This document shows positions 52,679 to 61,668 of a stretch of DNA of 64,000 bases, piece after piece. The notes beneath the pieces are model-generated. The model did not search any database. It was given only the letters and a program-made list of their open reading frames with translations, and was not told the DNA's origin. The translations under genes were made by a program, and so were the position numbers. Numbering within the stretch: the stretch's first letter is position 1; the number at the start of each line of letters is the position of its first letter. The DNA is taken from positions 82-64,081 of the forward strand of contig JAPLCX010000059.1 in assembly GCA_026392035.1 (NCBI GenBank), read 5' to 3'. The DNA is from Candidatus Auribacterota bacterium (GTDB lineage: Bacteria > Auribacterota > Tritonobacteria > UBA1439).

Positions 52679-54481
52679 ATGACTCCTCGCATAGATCATA
52701 TAAGAAACTTCTCGATTATCGCTCATATAGACCACGGCAAGTCCACGCTGGCTGACCGTCTTCTCCAGCTGACTCACACCATTGATGAACGGCAGTTCAG
52801 GGACCAGTTTCTTGACGATATGGACCTGGAGAGGGAGCGTGGGATCACGATCAAGGCTCATCCCGTCCGCATGCGCTATGTGGCGCGGGACGGCAAAGAA
52901 TACATTCTCAACCTGATTGATACTCCCGGCCACGTTGATTTCAGCTATGAGGTCTCACGCAGCCTCTCGGCGTGCGAGGGAGCGCTGCTCGTCGTTGACG
53001 CATCGCAAGGCGTTGAAGCTCAAACAGTTGCGAACTGCCACCTCTGCATGCAGAACAATCTCAAGATCATTCCCGTCATCAATAAGATAGATATCGCGAG
53101 CGCCGACGTTGATGAAACCAAGCGCCAGCTCGAGGATGTGCTCGCGCTGCCCTCGGAAGACGCCATCTGTGTGAGCGCCAAGGAGGGCACCGGGATTGAT
53201 CAGTTGATGGAGGCAATCGTGAGGCTCATCCCCCCACCCGAGATGCCGAAAAGGGATGAGCTTAAGGCCCTGATTTTTGATTCTCTCTTCGATACCTTCC
53301 GCGGCGTGATTGTCCACGTGCGCGTCTTCAGCGGCCATGTGGAGGCGGCGACAAGGATCCAGCTCATGGCGACCGGGAAGACCTTTGAAGTCCATGAGGT
53401 CGGTATTTTCATGCCCGAGGCTGACTCCCGTGAACAGCTTCAGGCGGGGGAGGTGGGCTACATTATCGCCAACATTAAGGATTCAGCCGATGTGCGGATC
53501 GGCGATACCATCACCAGCGCGAGCAGGCCAGCCGCTCAGCCGCTCCCGGGCTTCAGGCGGCTGCGCCCGATGGTGTTCAGCGGCTTTTACCCGGTCAACA
53601 CCTCAGAATACGAAGGCCTCAAATCCTCCCTGAACCGCCTCCGGCTCAATGACCCCTCCTTCACCTATGAAGCGGAAAACTCGGTTGCCCTCGGGTTCGG
53701 CTTCCGCTGCGGTTTCCTCGGGCTCCTGCACATGGAGATCATCCAGGAGCGCCTCGAGCGCGAATATAACATGGGCATTGTGGCAACTGTTCCCAGTGTG
53801 ATCTACTCCGTCAAGAAAAAGGATGGGAGCACCATTGAAATTGACAACCCCGTGCGCCTGCCGCCGACACAAGAAACAGAGGAAATCCGCGAACCGATGA
53901 TCCGGGCATGCATCATCGTGCCCAATCAAATGATCAGTTCAATGATGAAACTCGCTCAGGAACGAAGGGGTGAGTGCGTCGGGACTGAATCGCTCGATAA
54001 ACATCGCGTCATCCTCACCATGGAGCTCCCATTCAATGAGGTCGTGATTGACTTTTACGACCGTCTGAAAACAGTCACGAGCGGCTATGGGTCGATGGAC
54101 TACGAACACATCGGCTTCCGGGCGTCGGACATCGTCAAGCTGGACATCCTCATCAACAAAGAGCCTGTTGACGCGTTCTCATGCCTCGTCCACCGGAGCA
54201 AGGCCGAGCACAGGGGACGCCAGCTCGCGGAGAAGCTCAAAGAGGTCATTCCCCAGCAGCTCTTCCGCGTGGCCATCCAGGCGGCCATAGGCAACCGGAT
54301 CATCGCGAGCGAGGTGGTGCGGCCGCTCAAGAAGGATGTGACGGCGAAGTGCTACGGCGGCGACATCACGCGCAAGCGCAAGCTCTGGGAGAAGCAGAAA
54401 GAGGGGAAGAAGAAAATGAAGCAGATCGGCAAAATCAACATTCCTCAGAAGGCCTTTATCGAAGTGCTGAAGATGGACTGA
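52679..54481 (+). CDS. lepA: elongation factor 4 (translational GTPase LepA)
   Basis: The G1-G4 motifs are present (AHIDHGKST, DTPGH, NKID). The LepA-specific C-terminal domain is present. Confidence 0.95.
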   Translation: MTPRIDHIRNFSIIAHIDHGKSTLADRLLQLTHTIDERQFRDQFLDDMDLERERGITIKAHPVRMRYVARDGKEYILNLIDTPGHVDFSYEVSRSLSACEGALLVVDASQGVEAQTVANCHLCMQNNLKIIPVINKIDIASADVDETKRQLEDVLALPSEDAICVSAKEGTGIDQLMEAIVRLIPPPEMPKRDELKALIFDSLFDTFRGVIVHVRVFSGHVEAATRIQLMATGKTFEVHEVGIFMPEADSREQLQAGEVGYIIANIKDSADVRIGDTITSASRPAAQPLPGFRRLRPMVFSGFYPVNTSEYEGLKSSLNRLRLNDPSFTYEAENSVALGFGFRCGFLGLLHMEIIQERLEREYNMGIVATVPSVIYSVKKKDGSTIEIDNPVRLPPTQETEEIREPMIRACIIVPNQMISSMMKLAQERRGECVGTESLDKHRVILTMELPFNEVVIDFYDRLKTVTSGYGSMDYEHIGFRASDIVKLDILINKEPVDAFSCLVHRSKAEHRGRQLAEKLKEVIPQQLFRVAIQAAIGNRIIASEVVRPLKKDVTAKCYGGDITRKRKLWEKQKEGKKKMKQIGKINIPQKAFIEVLKMD

Positions 54482-54606
54482 ATCAATCTGCGCATACGAC
54501 ACCCCATGTTTTGCCTATTTTATGGATGAAGAGTTATGGTATCCTTTTAAAACTTTTTCCGACTGAGCATGTGGGCAATATGGATCTGGGGTAGGGGAGA
54601 GGGGAA

Positions 54607-55578
54607 ATGAGTTTCTGGAAAAATAGAAAGATAGTCAGCTATGCCAGGCTGGTGCTCAAAACAACGCGAAAGAGCTACCTGAGACATGGCAAAAAGCTCA
54701 TCGAGCGCGATGCGCATTGCCTCGAGAATGACATAACGGCGGTTGCTGACGCGCTGCGGAGCGGGAATATTTCCGATGTAGAGAAATCTGCCGAGAAACT
54801 GCACAGCAGTTTCGAGAGGTACCTTGGGTTTGCCAAGAAATCGGTTATCAGGGAATATGCAGAGGCCTTCCTTTTCGCCCTCATCCTGGCGGTCTTCTTG
54901 CGCACCTTCGTGATACAGCTCTTCAAAATCCCCACGGGCTCCATGGAACCCACGCTCCACGGCGCTCAGAATTACGGCTTCGGAGACCATATCGTGGTGA
55001 ATAAGTTCATCTATGGCCCGCAGACGCTCGATTGGGTCGGCGTCCCGTGGACAAATTATGGGTTTGATCTGCCCACCTGGCGCTTTACAAAACTCGCGCT
55101 GCGGGAACCGAAGCGCGGCGATATCGTCGTCTTTAAATTTCCGTTTAACTACCACTGCAATCAATGCTATGTCGATTTCAATCTGTCAAGAGGTACGCCC
55201 CGGGTATGCCCATCCTGTGGGTCCCGGCATGTAGAATACCAGAATAAGGATTTCGTCAAACGTTGCATAGGGCTCCCTGGCGAGACGGTTGAGATACGCG
55301 ACGGTGATATCTATATCGATGATGCGCTCGTAACCGAACCGAAGATTGTCAAGGATATCCACTATACCAATATTCTCTCCGGCAACGGGCCGGGGCGGGG
55401 GGTATACGGCTATAGAGGGCAAAGATTCAAGGTGCCCCAGAACGCCTATTTTGTCCTGGGCGACAATAGCGCCAACAGCAAGGACAGCCGTTTCTGGGGT
55501 TTTGTCCCGTGTGAGGATATCCGCGGGGAAGCCTTTTTTATCTACCTCCCACCGAAGAGAATAGGGTTAATTAGATAG
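54607..55578 (+). CDS. lepB: signal peptidase I
   Basis: The catalytic Ser lies in IPTGSMEPTL and the Lys box in KRCIGLPGE. GDNSANSKDSR is also present. Confidence 0.85.
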   Translation: MSFWKNRKIVSYARLVLKTTRKSYLRHGKKLIERDAHCLENDITAVADALRSGNISDVEKSAEKLHSSFERYLGFAKKSVIREYAEAFLFALILAVFLRTFVIQLFKIPTGSMEPTLHGAQNYGFGDHIVVNKFIYGPQTLDWVGVPWTNYGFDLPTWRFTKLALREPKRGDIVVFKFPFNYHCNQCYVDFNLSRGTPRVCPSCGSRHVEYQNKDFVKRCIGLPGETVEIRDGDIYIDDALVTEPKIVKDIHYTNILSGNGPGRGVYGYRGQRFKVPQNAYFVLGDNSANSKDSRFWGFVPCEDIRGEAFFIYLPPKRIGLIR

Positions 55579-55612
55579 GGTTTCCTGATCCATTGGGAGA
55601 GAATATTGCGCA

Positions 55613-58600
55613 GTGATTATTTTGCACGCTGGATACAGTGGTGGGCATTTGCTTCTCTGGGGAGAGACACACGCTAAAAACGAATATTTCCCTGCGAAGC
55701 TGCGGAGGCAAAAGCCCAAAGCGCTCCCTTATGACGCCCGGTCTGATATGGTTGTCACCGCTCTTAGACAAGCCGGCGTCTGTTCTACGATCAGGAAAAG
55801 TCAGGTAGCTACGGTAGTCTCTTGGATTCCGACAGTCGATCATGCTCCTCTGCCCTCCAGTGCTATTATTGCGCAATTGCCCCATTCACATAAAAAGCCT
55901 GTATTGAACCCATGGAATGTCTCGGTAATTCGGCTGACCAGAGAACAGATGGTTGAAATCCTCTGCGCCTGCGTTGGAAAACAAAACCTGGCGCCCGGCC
56001 TAATTGTTGGGAGCGACTTGGCATTCTGGGCAAGGGCTATGCGCTTTGCAGGCGCGCTTATCACAAGACAGAAATATCTTCCCGCGATAACCGAAGACAA
56101 CGGGACATGCTATGCACAGTGGAAGCCTGTCTTCACCGGTGCCGACGTTGATATTCTAGAAAAGCTTGCCAAAGCCATGCCGGCGGCCGCGCGCGCGTTG
56201 ACGCAGGGAGATAATTCGCCGCCAAATGAATCCTCACGTTCAACGCTTGCTGATTTCACTGGAGAAATTGTTGATCATCTAGTCCGCGCTCCATGTTCTT
56301 CTTCTGTAATGATACAAAAACGAGGGAGGAGGAGGAAGGTCCCAACTTTTTCCAGCATGCACGATCAGTGGTTGCATGCGCTGCGTTCGCCTGATGGGCT
56401 TATGGAGGGCGATGAAGGCGAGTTGGCTCAGCTTAAGGCCCAGGTGTGCGATTGGCAACGGCTGATATCTCTTCCTACATCGGCGCCTTTTCGGCTTTGT
56501 TTCCGGTTGGAAGAGCCCGGGATCAAGATGGAGGGGACGGAAATGGTTCAAAGCGCGGATGAGGCCTGGTATGTACGTTACCTGCTTCAGTCGGTCAATG
56601 ATCCAAGCCTGCTCATTCCGGCAACAGAGGCATGGAGCACTACCGGTAAACAAAAGTCGCTTCTCGATCTCACTGGATTTGACCATCGCGAATACGTATT
56701 GTTGTCATTGGGGCAGGCATCGATGATTTGCCCGCGTATAGAAGGAAGTTTAAGAACCTCTATTCCCGGCGGTTACGAACTCGATACCGCAGAGGCATAT
56801 AAATTTCTCACAGAAAAAGCGATGGTGTTGGAGGAGGCGGGGTTTAAGATTATGCTGCCGGCATGGTGGACCCGCAAGGGAACGAAGCTGCGTCTGAAGG
56901 CCAGCGCAAATGCGAGGAGCCCAGTGATGACAGGGCACGGTCGACTGTCACTTGAAAGCGTAGTTGAGTTCGACTGGGAAGTCGCATTGGGCGGTGAGAA
57001 GATATCCCTGGTGGAACTCCAGGAACTCGCAAAACTCAAGGCGCCGCTTATCAGATTTCGCGGCCAATGGGTACAAATGACCGCTGAGGAGATAGCGGCG
57101 GCCCGCGACTTCTGGAAGGAAAAGGCTTCAGGCCGAGCAACCGTGCATGAAATAATCCGGATGGCTTTGGGGGCGGCACGAACTCCGAGTTCTATTGATT
57201 TCGAAGGGGTAAGGGCAACGGGTTGGCTTGCAGATCTTTTGAAACAGTTGGAAGAGGGCACGCCTTTCGAAGAGCTGCCTCACCCGGAAAGTTTCCAAGG
57301 GAGACTGCGCCCTTATCAAATAAAGGGTTATTCGTGGTTGAGTTTCTTGCGGCGATGGGGACTGGGGGCATGCCTGGCCGATGACATGGGATTGGGAAAA
57401 ACCGTGCAGACACTTGCGCTTATCCAGAGAGACTGGCTGGCGAATAGCCATGGCCCGGTGCTGCTTGTATGTCCCATGTCTGTCATTGCCACTTGGCTGA
57501 AGGAGGCCGGCTGTTTCACTCCTGAGTTGCCTATAATGGTCCATCACGGCGCCAGCAGATTAAAAAGCGAGGTATTTGAAGCAGAGGCGGGGAAGCACGC
57601 CATGGTAGTTACCAGTTACGCTTTGCTCCATCGTGATTTTGAGATATTCAAGGGTGTGCCGTGGGCGGGGATGGTTTTGGACGAGGCGCAGAATATCAAG
57701 AATCCAGAAACCAAGCAGGCTCGAGCTGCGCGAGCCATTGGATCGAGCTATCGAATCGCGCTCACCGGTACGCCTGTCGAAAACAATGTTGGTGACCTTT
57801 GGTCTATAATGGAATTCTTGAATCCCGGATTGCTTGGCACACAGACCGAATTCAAAAGAACTTTTTTTATCCCTATCCAGGCCGATCGCGACCAGGAGGC
57901 CATGCAGAGCCTTAAGCGCCTGACGGGGCCGTTCATCCTCAGGCGCCTCAAGGCAGACAAAGCGATAATCGCGGATCTGCCCGAGAAAATGGAAATGAAG
58001 GTGTTCTGCACTTTGACAAAAGAGCAGGCCTCTCTTTATGCTGCGGTGGTTGATGATGCTTCCAATGCCCTTGACTCGGTCGAAGGGATCGAGCGCAAGG
58101 GAGTGATCCTGGCAACACTGTCCAAGCTCAAGCAGGTATGCAATCATCCGAGGCAGTTTCTTGGCGACAATTCCGAAATTCATGGGCGGTCGGGCAAGCT
58201 CTCCCGCTTGACTGAAATGCTGGAGGAAGTCATGGAGGTTGGGGACAGAGCGCTGATATTTACGCAATTCGCCGAGATGGGCGAAATCCTTAAGTGCCAC
58301 CTTCAGGAATGGTTTGGTCGTGAGGTGCTCTTCCTGCACGGCGGTGTGCCGAAAGCGCGGCGTGACCGAATGGTTGAACGCTTCCAGACAGATGCCGGAG
58401 GACCGTCTATCTTCATCCTCTCACTCAAGGCCGGCGGCTTCGGGTTGAATCTACAGCGCGCCAATCATGTTTTTCACTTCGACCGTTGGTGGAATCCTGC
58501 GGTGGAGAACCAGGCAACCGACCGTGCGTTTCGTATCGGTCAAAAACGGAATGTTCAGGTCCATAAGTTTCTCTGCGCCGGGACGCTGGAAGAGAAGATT

Positions 58601-58732
58601 GATGAGATGATCGAGAGCAAGAAAGAGATTGCTCAGGCCGTGGTTGGAGTGGGGGAGGGTTGGCTGACGGAGCTTTCAACTAACGAACTCAGGGAATTCT
58701 TCAAGCTTCGGAAAGAAGCCTGGGGGGATTAA
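55613..58732 (+). CDS. SNF2-family DEAD/DEAH-box helicase with an approximately 520-aa N-terminal SNF2-associated region
   Basis: Motif I is LADDMGLGKT. Motif II is DEAQNIKN. LTGTPVENNVGDLWSIMEFLNPG is present. The C-terminal helicase domain has QATDRAFRIGQKRNVQVHKF. The start is a GTG after GGGAGAG. Confidence 0.85.
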   Translation: MIILHAGYSGGHLLLWGETHAKNEYFPAKLRRQKPKALPYDARSDMVVTALRQAGVCSTIRKSQVATVVSWIPTVDHAPLPSSAIIAQLPHSHKKPVLNPWNVSVIRLTREQMVEILCACVGKQNLAPGLIVGSDLAFWARAMRFAGALITRQKYLPAITEDNGTCYAQWKPVFTGADVDILEKLAKAMPAAARALTQGDNSPPNESSRSTLADFTGEIVDHLVRAPCSSSVMIQKRGRRRKVPTFSSMHDQWLHALRSPDGLMEGDEGELAQLKAQVCDWQRLISLPTSAPFRLCFRLEEPGIKMEGTEMVQSADEAWYVRYLLQSVNDPSLLIPATEAWSTTGKQKSLLDLTGFDHREYVLLSLGQASMICPRIEGSLRTSIPGGYELDTAEAYKFLTEKAMVLEEAGFKIMLPAWWTRKGTKLRLKASANARSPVMTGHGRLSLESVVEFDWEVALGGEKISLVELQELAKLKAPLIRFRGQWVQMTAEEIAAARDFWKEKASGRATVHEIIRMALGAARTPSSIDFEGVRATGWLADLLKQLEEGTPFEELPHPESFQGRLRPYQIKGYSWLSFLRRWGLGACLADDMGLGKTVQTLALIQRDWLANSHGPVLLVCPMSVIATWLKEAGCFTPELPIMVHHGASRLKSEVFEAEAGKHAMVVTSYALLHRDFEIFKGVPWAGMVLDEAQNIKNPETKQARAARAIGSSYRIALTGTPVENNVGDLWSIMEFLNPGLLGTQTEFKRTFFIPIQADRDQEAMQSLKRLTGPFILRRLKADKAIIADLPEKMEMKVFCTLTKEQASLYAAVVDDASNALDSVEGIERKGVILATLSKLKQVCNHPRQFLGDNSEIHGRSGKLSRLTEMLEEVMEVGDRALIFTQFAEMGEILKCHLQEWFGREVLFLHGGVPKARRDRMVERFQTDAGGPSIFILSLKAGGFGLNLQRANHVFHFDRWWNPAVENQATDRAFRIGQKRNVQVHKFLCAGTLEEKIDEMIESKKEIAQAVVGVGEGWLTELSTNELREFFKLRKEAWGD

Positions 58733-58838
58733 TATGACCAGTGACAAGAGGAGCGGGTATGACAGAGAATGGGCTGAAGAGAAAAAAAGGTACCGCGTGA
58801 ATATGGAAACGATTCGAATCTGAAAAGAGGAGAGCACT

Positions 58839-59756
58839 ATGTACTGGCGCTATGGCTATTTCACACCGTCAAAACCGCGTGCGGTAAGAGGCGGTATTAA
58901 GGCGCAATCAGGCCGAAGAGCCGTTGGTAAAAATTGGTGGGCAGAGCGCTGGAATGCCGTGTTGGAAGAACTTTATGCGGGTAACAGGTTGACGCGGGGC
59001 AGATCCTATGCTCGCCGGGGACAGGTTTTGCGCATTGATATTGAAAAAGGGATGGTAAAGGGGCAGGTGCAGGGCTCCCGCTCCAGACCATATGATATCT
59101 CTATCAGGGTAAAAGTTATGTCAAAACCCGGCTGGAAAAAAGTGGTAAAGACGCTCTCGGAAAAATCCCTTTTCACCGCGAAGCTTTTAGCCGGTGAGAT
59201 GCCTCAGGATATTGAAGAGGTTTTTAAAAAGGCCGGATTATCGCTTTTCCCTGAGAGAGGCAATGACCTAAAAACGGAGTGCTCGTGCCCGGACTGGGCG
59301 AATCCATGCAAACACATTGCGGCTGTCTATTATCTGCTGGGCGAAGAATTTGATCGAGACCCTTTTTTGATTTTCAAACTGCGAGGGATGAGCAGAAAAG
59401 AATTCGTTAATCTCTTGAGCCACATCAGCAAAACAGCCGGCGCACCCAAGGCGTGCGAGATGGCCAAAAGCCTGGATGGCCATGCGGAAGTTTCCTCAAC
59501 AGATGAACCGATCTCGTCAGATCTCAAAACCTACTGGGACGGGGGGGAGATACCGGATGATTTATTCGGAGAGGTTTCGATTCCACGAGTTCCGGCCGCT
59601 CTGCCTAAGCGATTGGGCAGTTTTCCATTTTGGCGCGGTGAAGAACGATTCCTCGAAGCTATCGAGCCGATTTACGAAGCTGCGTCCCCCCGCGGTCTTG
59701 ATACCTATATCGGCGAATATACTATGGCGGTCGCTGAGGATAATGCGCCGACGTGA
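58839..59756 (+). CDS. SWIM zinc-finger protein
   Basis: CxCxnCxH is present as ECSCPDWANPCKHIAAVYYLL. It follows the SNF2 gene by 107 bp on the same strand. Confidence 0.75.
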   Translation: MYWRYGYFTPSKPRAVRGGIKAQSGRRAVGKNWWAERWNAVLEELYAGNRLTRGRSYARRGQVLRIDIEKGMVKGQVQGSRSRPYDISIRVKVMSKPGWKKVVKTLSEKSLFTAKLLAGEMPQDIEEVFKKAGLSLFPERGNDLKTECSCPDWANPCKHIAAVYYLLGEEFDRDPFLIFKLRGMSRKEFVNLLSHISKTAGAPKACEMAKSLDGHAEVSSTDEPISSDLKTYWDGGEIPDDLFGEVSIPRVPAALPKRLGSFPFWRGEERFLEAIEPIYEAASPRGLDTYIGEYTMAVAEDNAPT

Positions 59757-59831
59757 GCGAAATCGGAGATTACATGTCATTGGGGAGGGAGAGGCAATCC
59801 GGCTATCTGAGTTTATACTGAGCTTGCCGAA

Positions 59832-59908
59832 GCGCTCAGGACAAGTTTTATCGAACCCGCTCTATGCCAAGCAGATTGGTGCGGGCCTGATAAATCAGGC
59901 CCCTACAG
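59832..59908. repeat. structured repeat family 2, copy 2
   Basis: It has the same 28-mer GCGCTCAGGACAAGTTTTATCGAACCCG as copy 1. Its hairpin GGGCCTGA-TAAA-TCAGGCCC covaries with GGGCGCGA-TGAA-TCGCGCCC in copy 1, followed by CTACA. Confidence 0.5.
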
Positions 59909-60049
59909 GTCTTGTCTTGGGTGCGCACTAGTCATTCCCCCGACACCCTTCGTGAGGGTCTCTGATTTACGGTTGTCATAACATCCCTGCCACCAGTTAA
60001 ATATGTAATGCATCTTGGCAATTTTCCGATAAACAATATCCGGAAACCG

Positions 60050-60078
60050 GACATCTCAAAAATCGACATCTCAAAAAT
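60050..60078. repeat. tandem direct repeat (GACATCTCAAAAAT x2) upstream of the EVE/mcrBC genes
   Basis: The sequence is GACATCTCAAAAAT-C-GACATCTCAAAAAT, about 190 bp upstream of the EVE-protein start. Confidence 0.5.
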
Positions 60079-60267
60079 ATGCTTCCCTACCTCCCGCTCA
60101 ACGTGTCATAATCCCATGGCAAAGCAGGGCGGCGTTATCAGTCAATTTGGCCTGATTGGCTCTTGGAACTCCGCAAGGATTGACCCGTTAGCGTGGCATT
60201 GTGCTACGGAGGGATGTCGGGGTATAAGATCCCCCGACACGGCATTTGCCAGAGAGGATAGGTACAT

Positions 60268-61668
60268 ATGAGAGCATTCACGTGGATTCCGTTATACAAG
60301 GAACTGGCAGACAAGCTGTTGGCGTACCGGGACCGCCAGGGCGACCTCATTGCGATTCTGAAGGAACTCAAAGACCAGGGACTCCCGGTCATAGGACTTA
60401 CCGACAAGGACAAGAGGGGAAAAGCGGTTCCGCTTGAGGCAATAGACCCGTTCACGTTCTTTGCCTCATTCAATCGCAAGGCCACGGATCAAAACCGCCG
60501 AGCTATCTTGACTATGATCAAGGAACGACTGCAACTGCAGGCGGGAGTCCCTGCCGATTTCGACGGCATCCCGATCATGTCTCCCATGCAGTCATGGTTT
60601 TTTGCCTTTTATCCTGAGAGGAAACCTGACGATATAACAGCCTTATGGGCATTCGCTGAGGCCATTGTCAGGCGCGCGCCGGAGGATGTTACCCCGGAAC
60701 TGTTCAACCGATGTCTCGAAGTCGCTTACGTGAAAGTCCCCAACCTCACCATGGGCATGTTCTGGATGCGACCAGAAATATATCTGGCACTGGACAGACG
60801 AAACCGCAAGCTTCTTGACGAACGCGGCGTCGCGCACGAGGTGAAAGACTGGGCATCGTACCTTCAGTTCCTAAAGAACGCTCGGTCGCTCGTACCGGAA
60901 CCGCACTATGAATTCTCACACGCAGCATACGCGGGCGAGTCTGGTAGGAGATACTGGGTATTCCAGGGCAACCCGAAGATCTACGACGTAGTGGGCGCAC
61001 TTCGGGCTGGGGAGGTGAAAACTTGGCGAGTGAACCAGCGCATGAAGGACATTCATCCTGGTGACAAGGTTATTGTCTGGGTCACCGGCGAAGCCGCCGG
61101 CTGCTACGCACTGGCAACGGTCATGTCCGAAGTTTGCACTGTTGCAGAAGATGCCAAGGAGGCTTCCTACTACCGTAAAGGGCCTGGCAAGAGTACTCCG
61201 TTTACGGGTGTCAAGCTCCGCATTGATACGAAGTTGTGGGATAACCCGGTCTCAAAGGCAGACATTGCCGGGCAGCCGGCGTTCCGTGATTTTCCGGCCG
61301 GTCGACAAGGGACAAATCTGGCCGCCACAAAGGCCTACTACGACGGCATTCTGGCGCTGGCCAGAGGGAGGACGGAAATGCGCTACTGGCTCTACGCTCC
61401 TGGACGCTATGCAAAGTATTGGGATGAATGTTGGCAGAAAGGCATCATGCTATTTGGTGCCGACGAGCTTTCCGACCTGAGCGCCTTTTCCGACAAGGCG
61501 GCGATCGAAGAAGCGTTCAAGAAGGCAAACCGGTTGAAGCACCGTCCAACCAACGACGCGCGTGCCGCGTGGGAGTTCTCGCACGTCCTCAGTCCCGGGG
61601 ACATCGTCATAGCTAAGAAAGGCGCGCGGCAATACGTTGGCTATGGCGTTGTTTCCGGGCCCGTATAG
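60268..61668 (+). CDS. modified-base reader protein: N-terminal McrB-associated domain, an EVE (PUA-like) domain, and the N-terminal half of a second EVE domain
   Basis: The first EVE domain spans RYWVFQGNPKIYDVVGALRAGEVKTWRVNQ...GDKVIVWVTGEAAGCYALATVMSEV...GVKLRIDTKLWDNPVS. The second EVE begins RYWLYAPGRYAKYWDECWQKG...SPGDIVIAKKGARQYVGYGVV and appears to continue in the mcrB reading frame. Confidence 0.6.
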   Translation: MRAFTWIPLYKELADKLLAYRDRQGDLIAILKELKDQGLPVIGLTDKDKRGKAVPLEAIDPFTFFASFNRKATDQNRRAILTMIKERLQLQAGVPADFDGIPIMSPMQSWFFAFYPERKPDDITALWAFAEAIVRRAPEDVTPELFNRCLEVAYVKVPNLTMGMFWMRPEIYLALDRRNRKLLDERGVAHEVKDWASYLQFLKNARSLVPEPHYEFSHAAYAGESGRRYWVFQGNPKIYDVVGALRAGEVKTWRVNQRMKDIHPGDKVIVWVTGEAAGCYALATVMSEVCTVAEDAKEASYYRKGPGKSTPFTGVKLRIDTKLWDNPVSKADIAGQPAFRDFPAGRQGTNLAATKAYYDGILALARGRTEMRYWLYAPGRYAKYWDECWQKGIMLFGADELSDLSAFSDKAAIEEAFKKANRLKHRPTNDARAAWEFSHVLSPGDIVIAKKGARQYVGYGVVSGPV

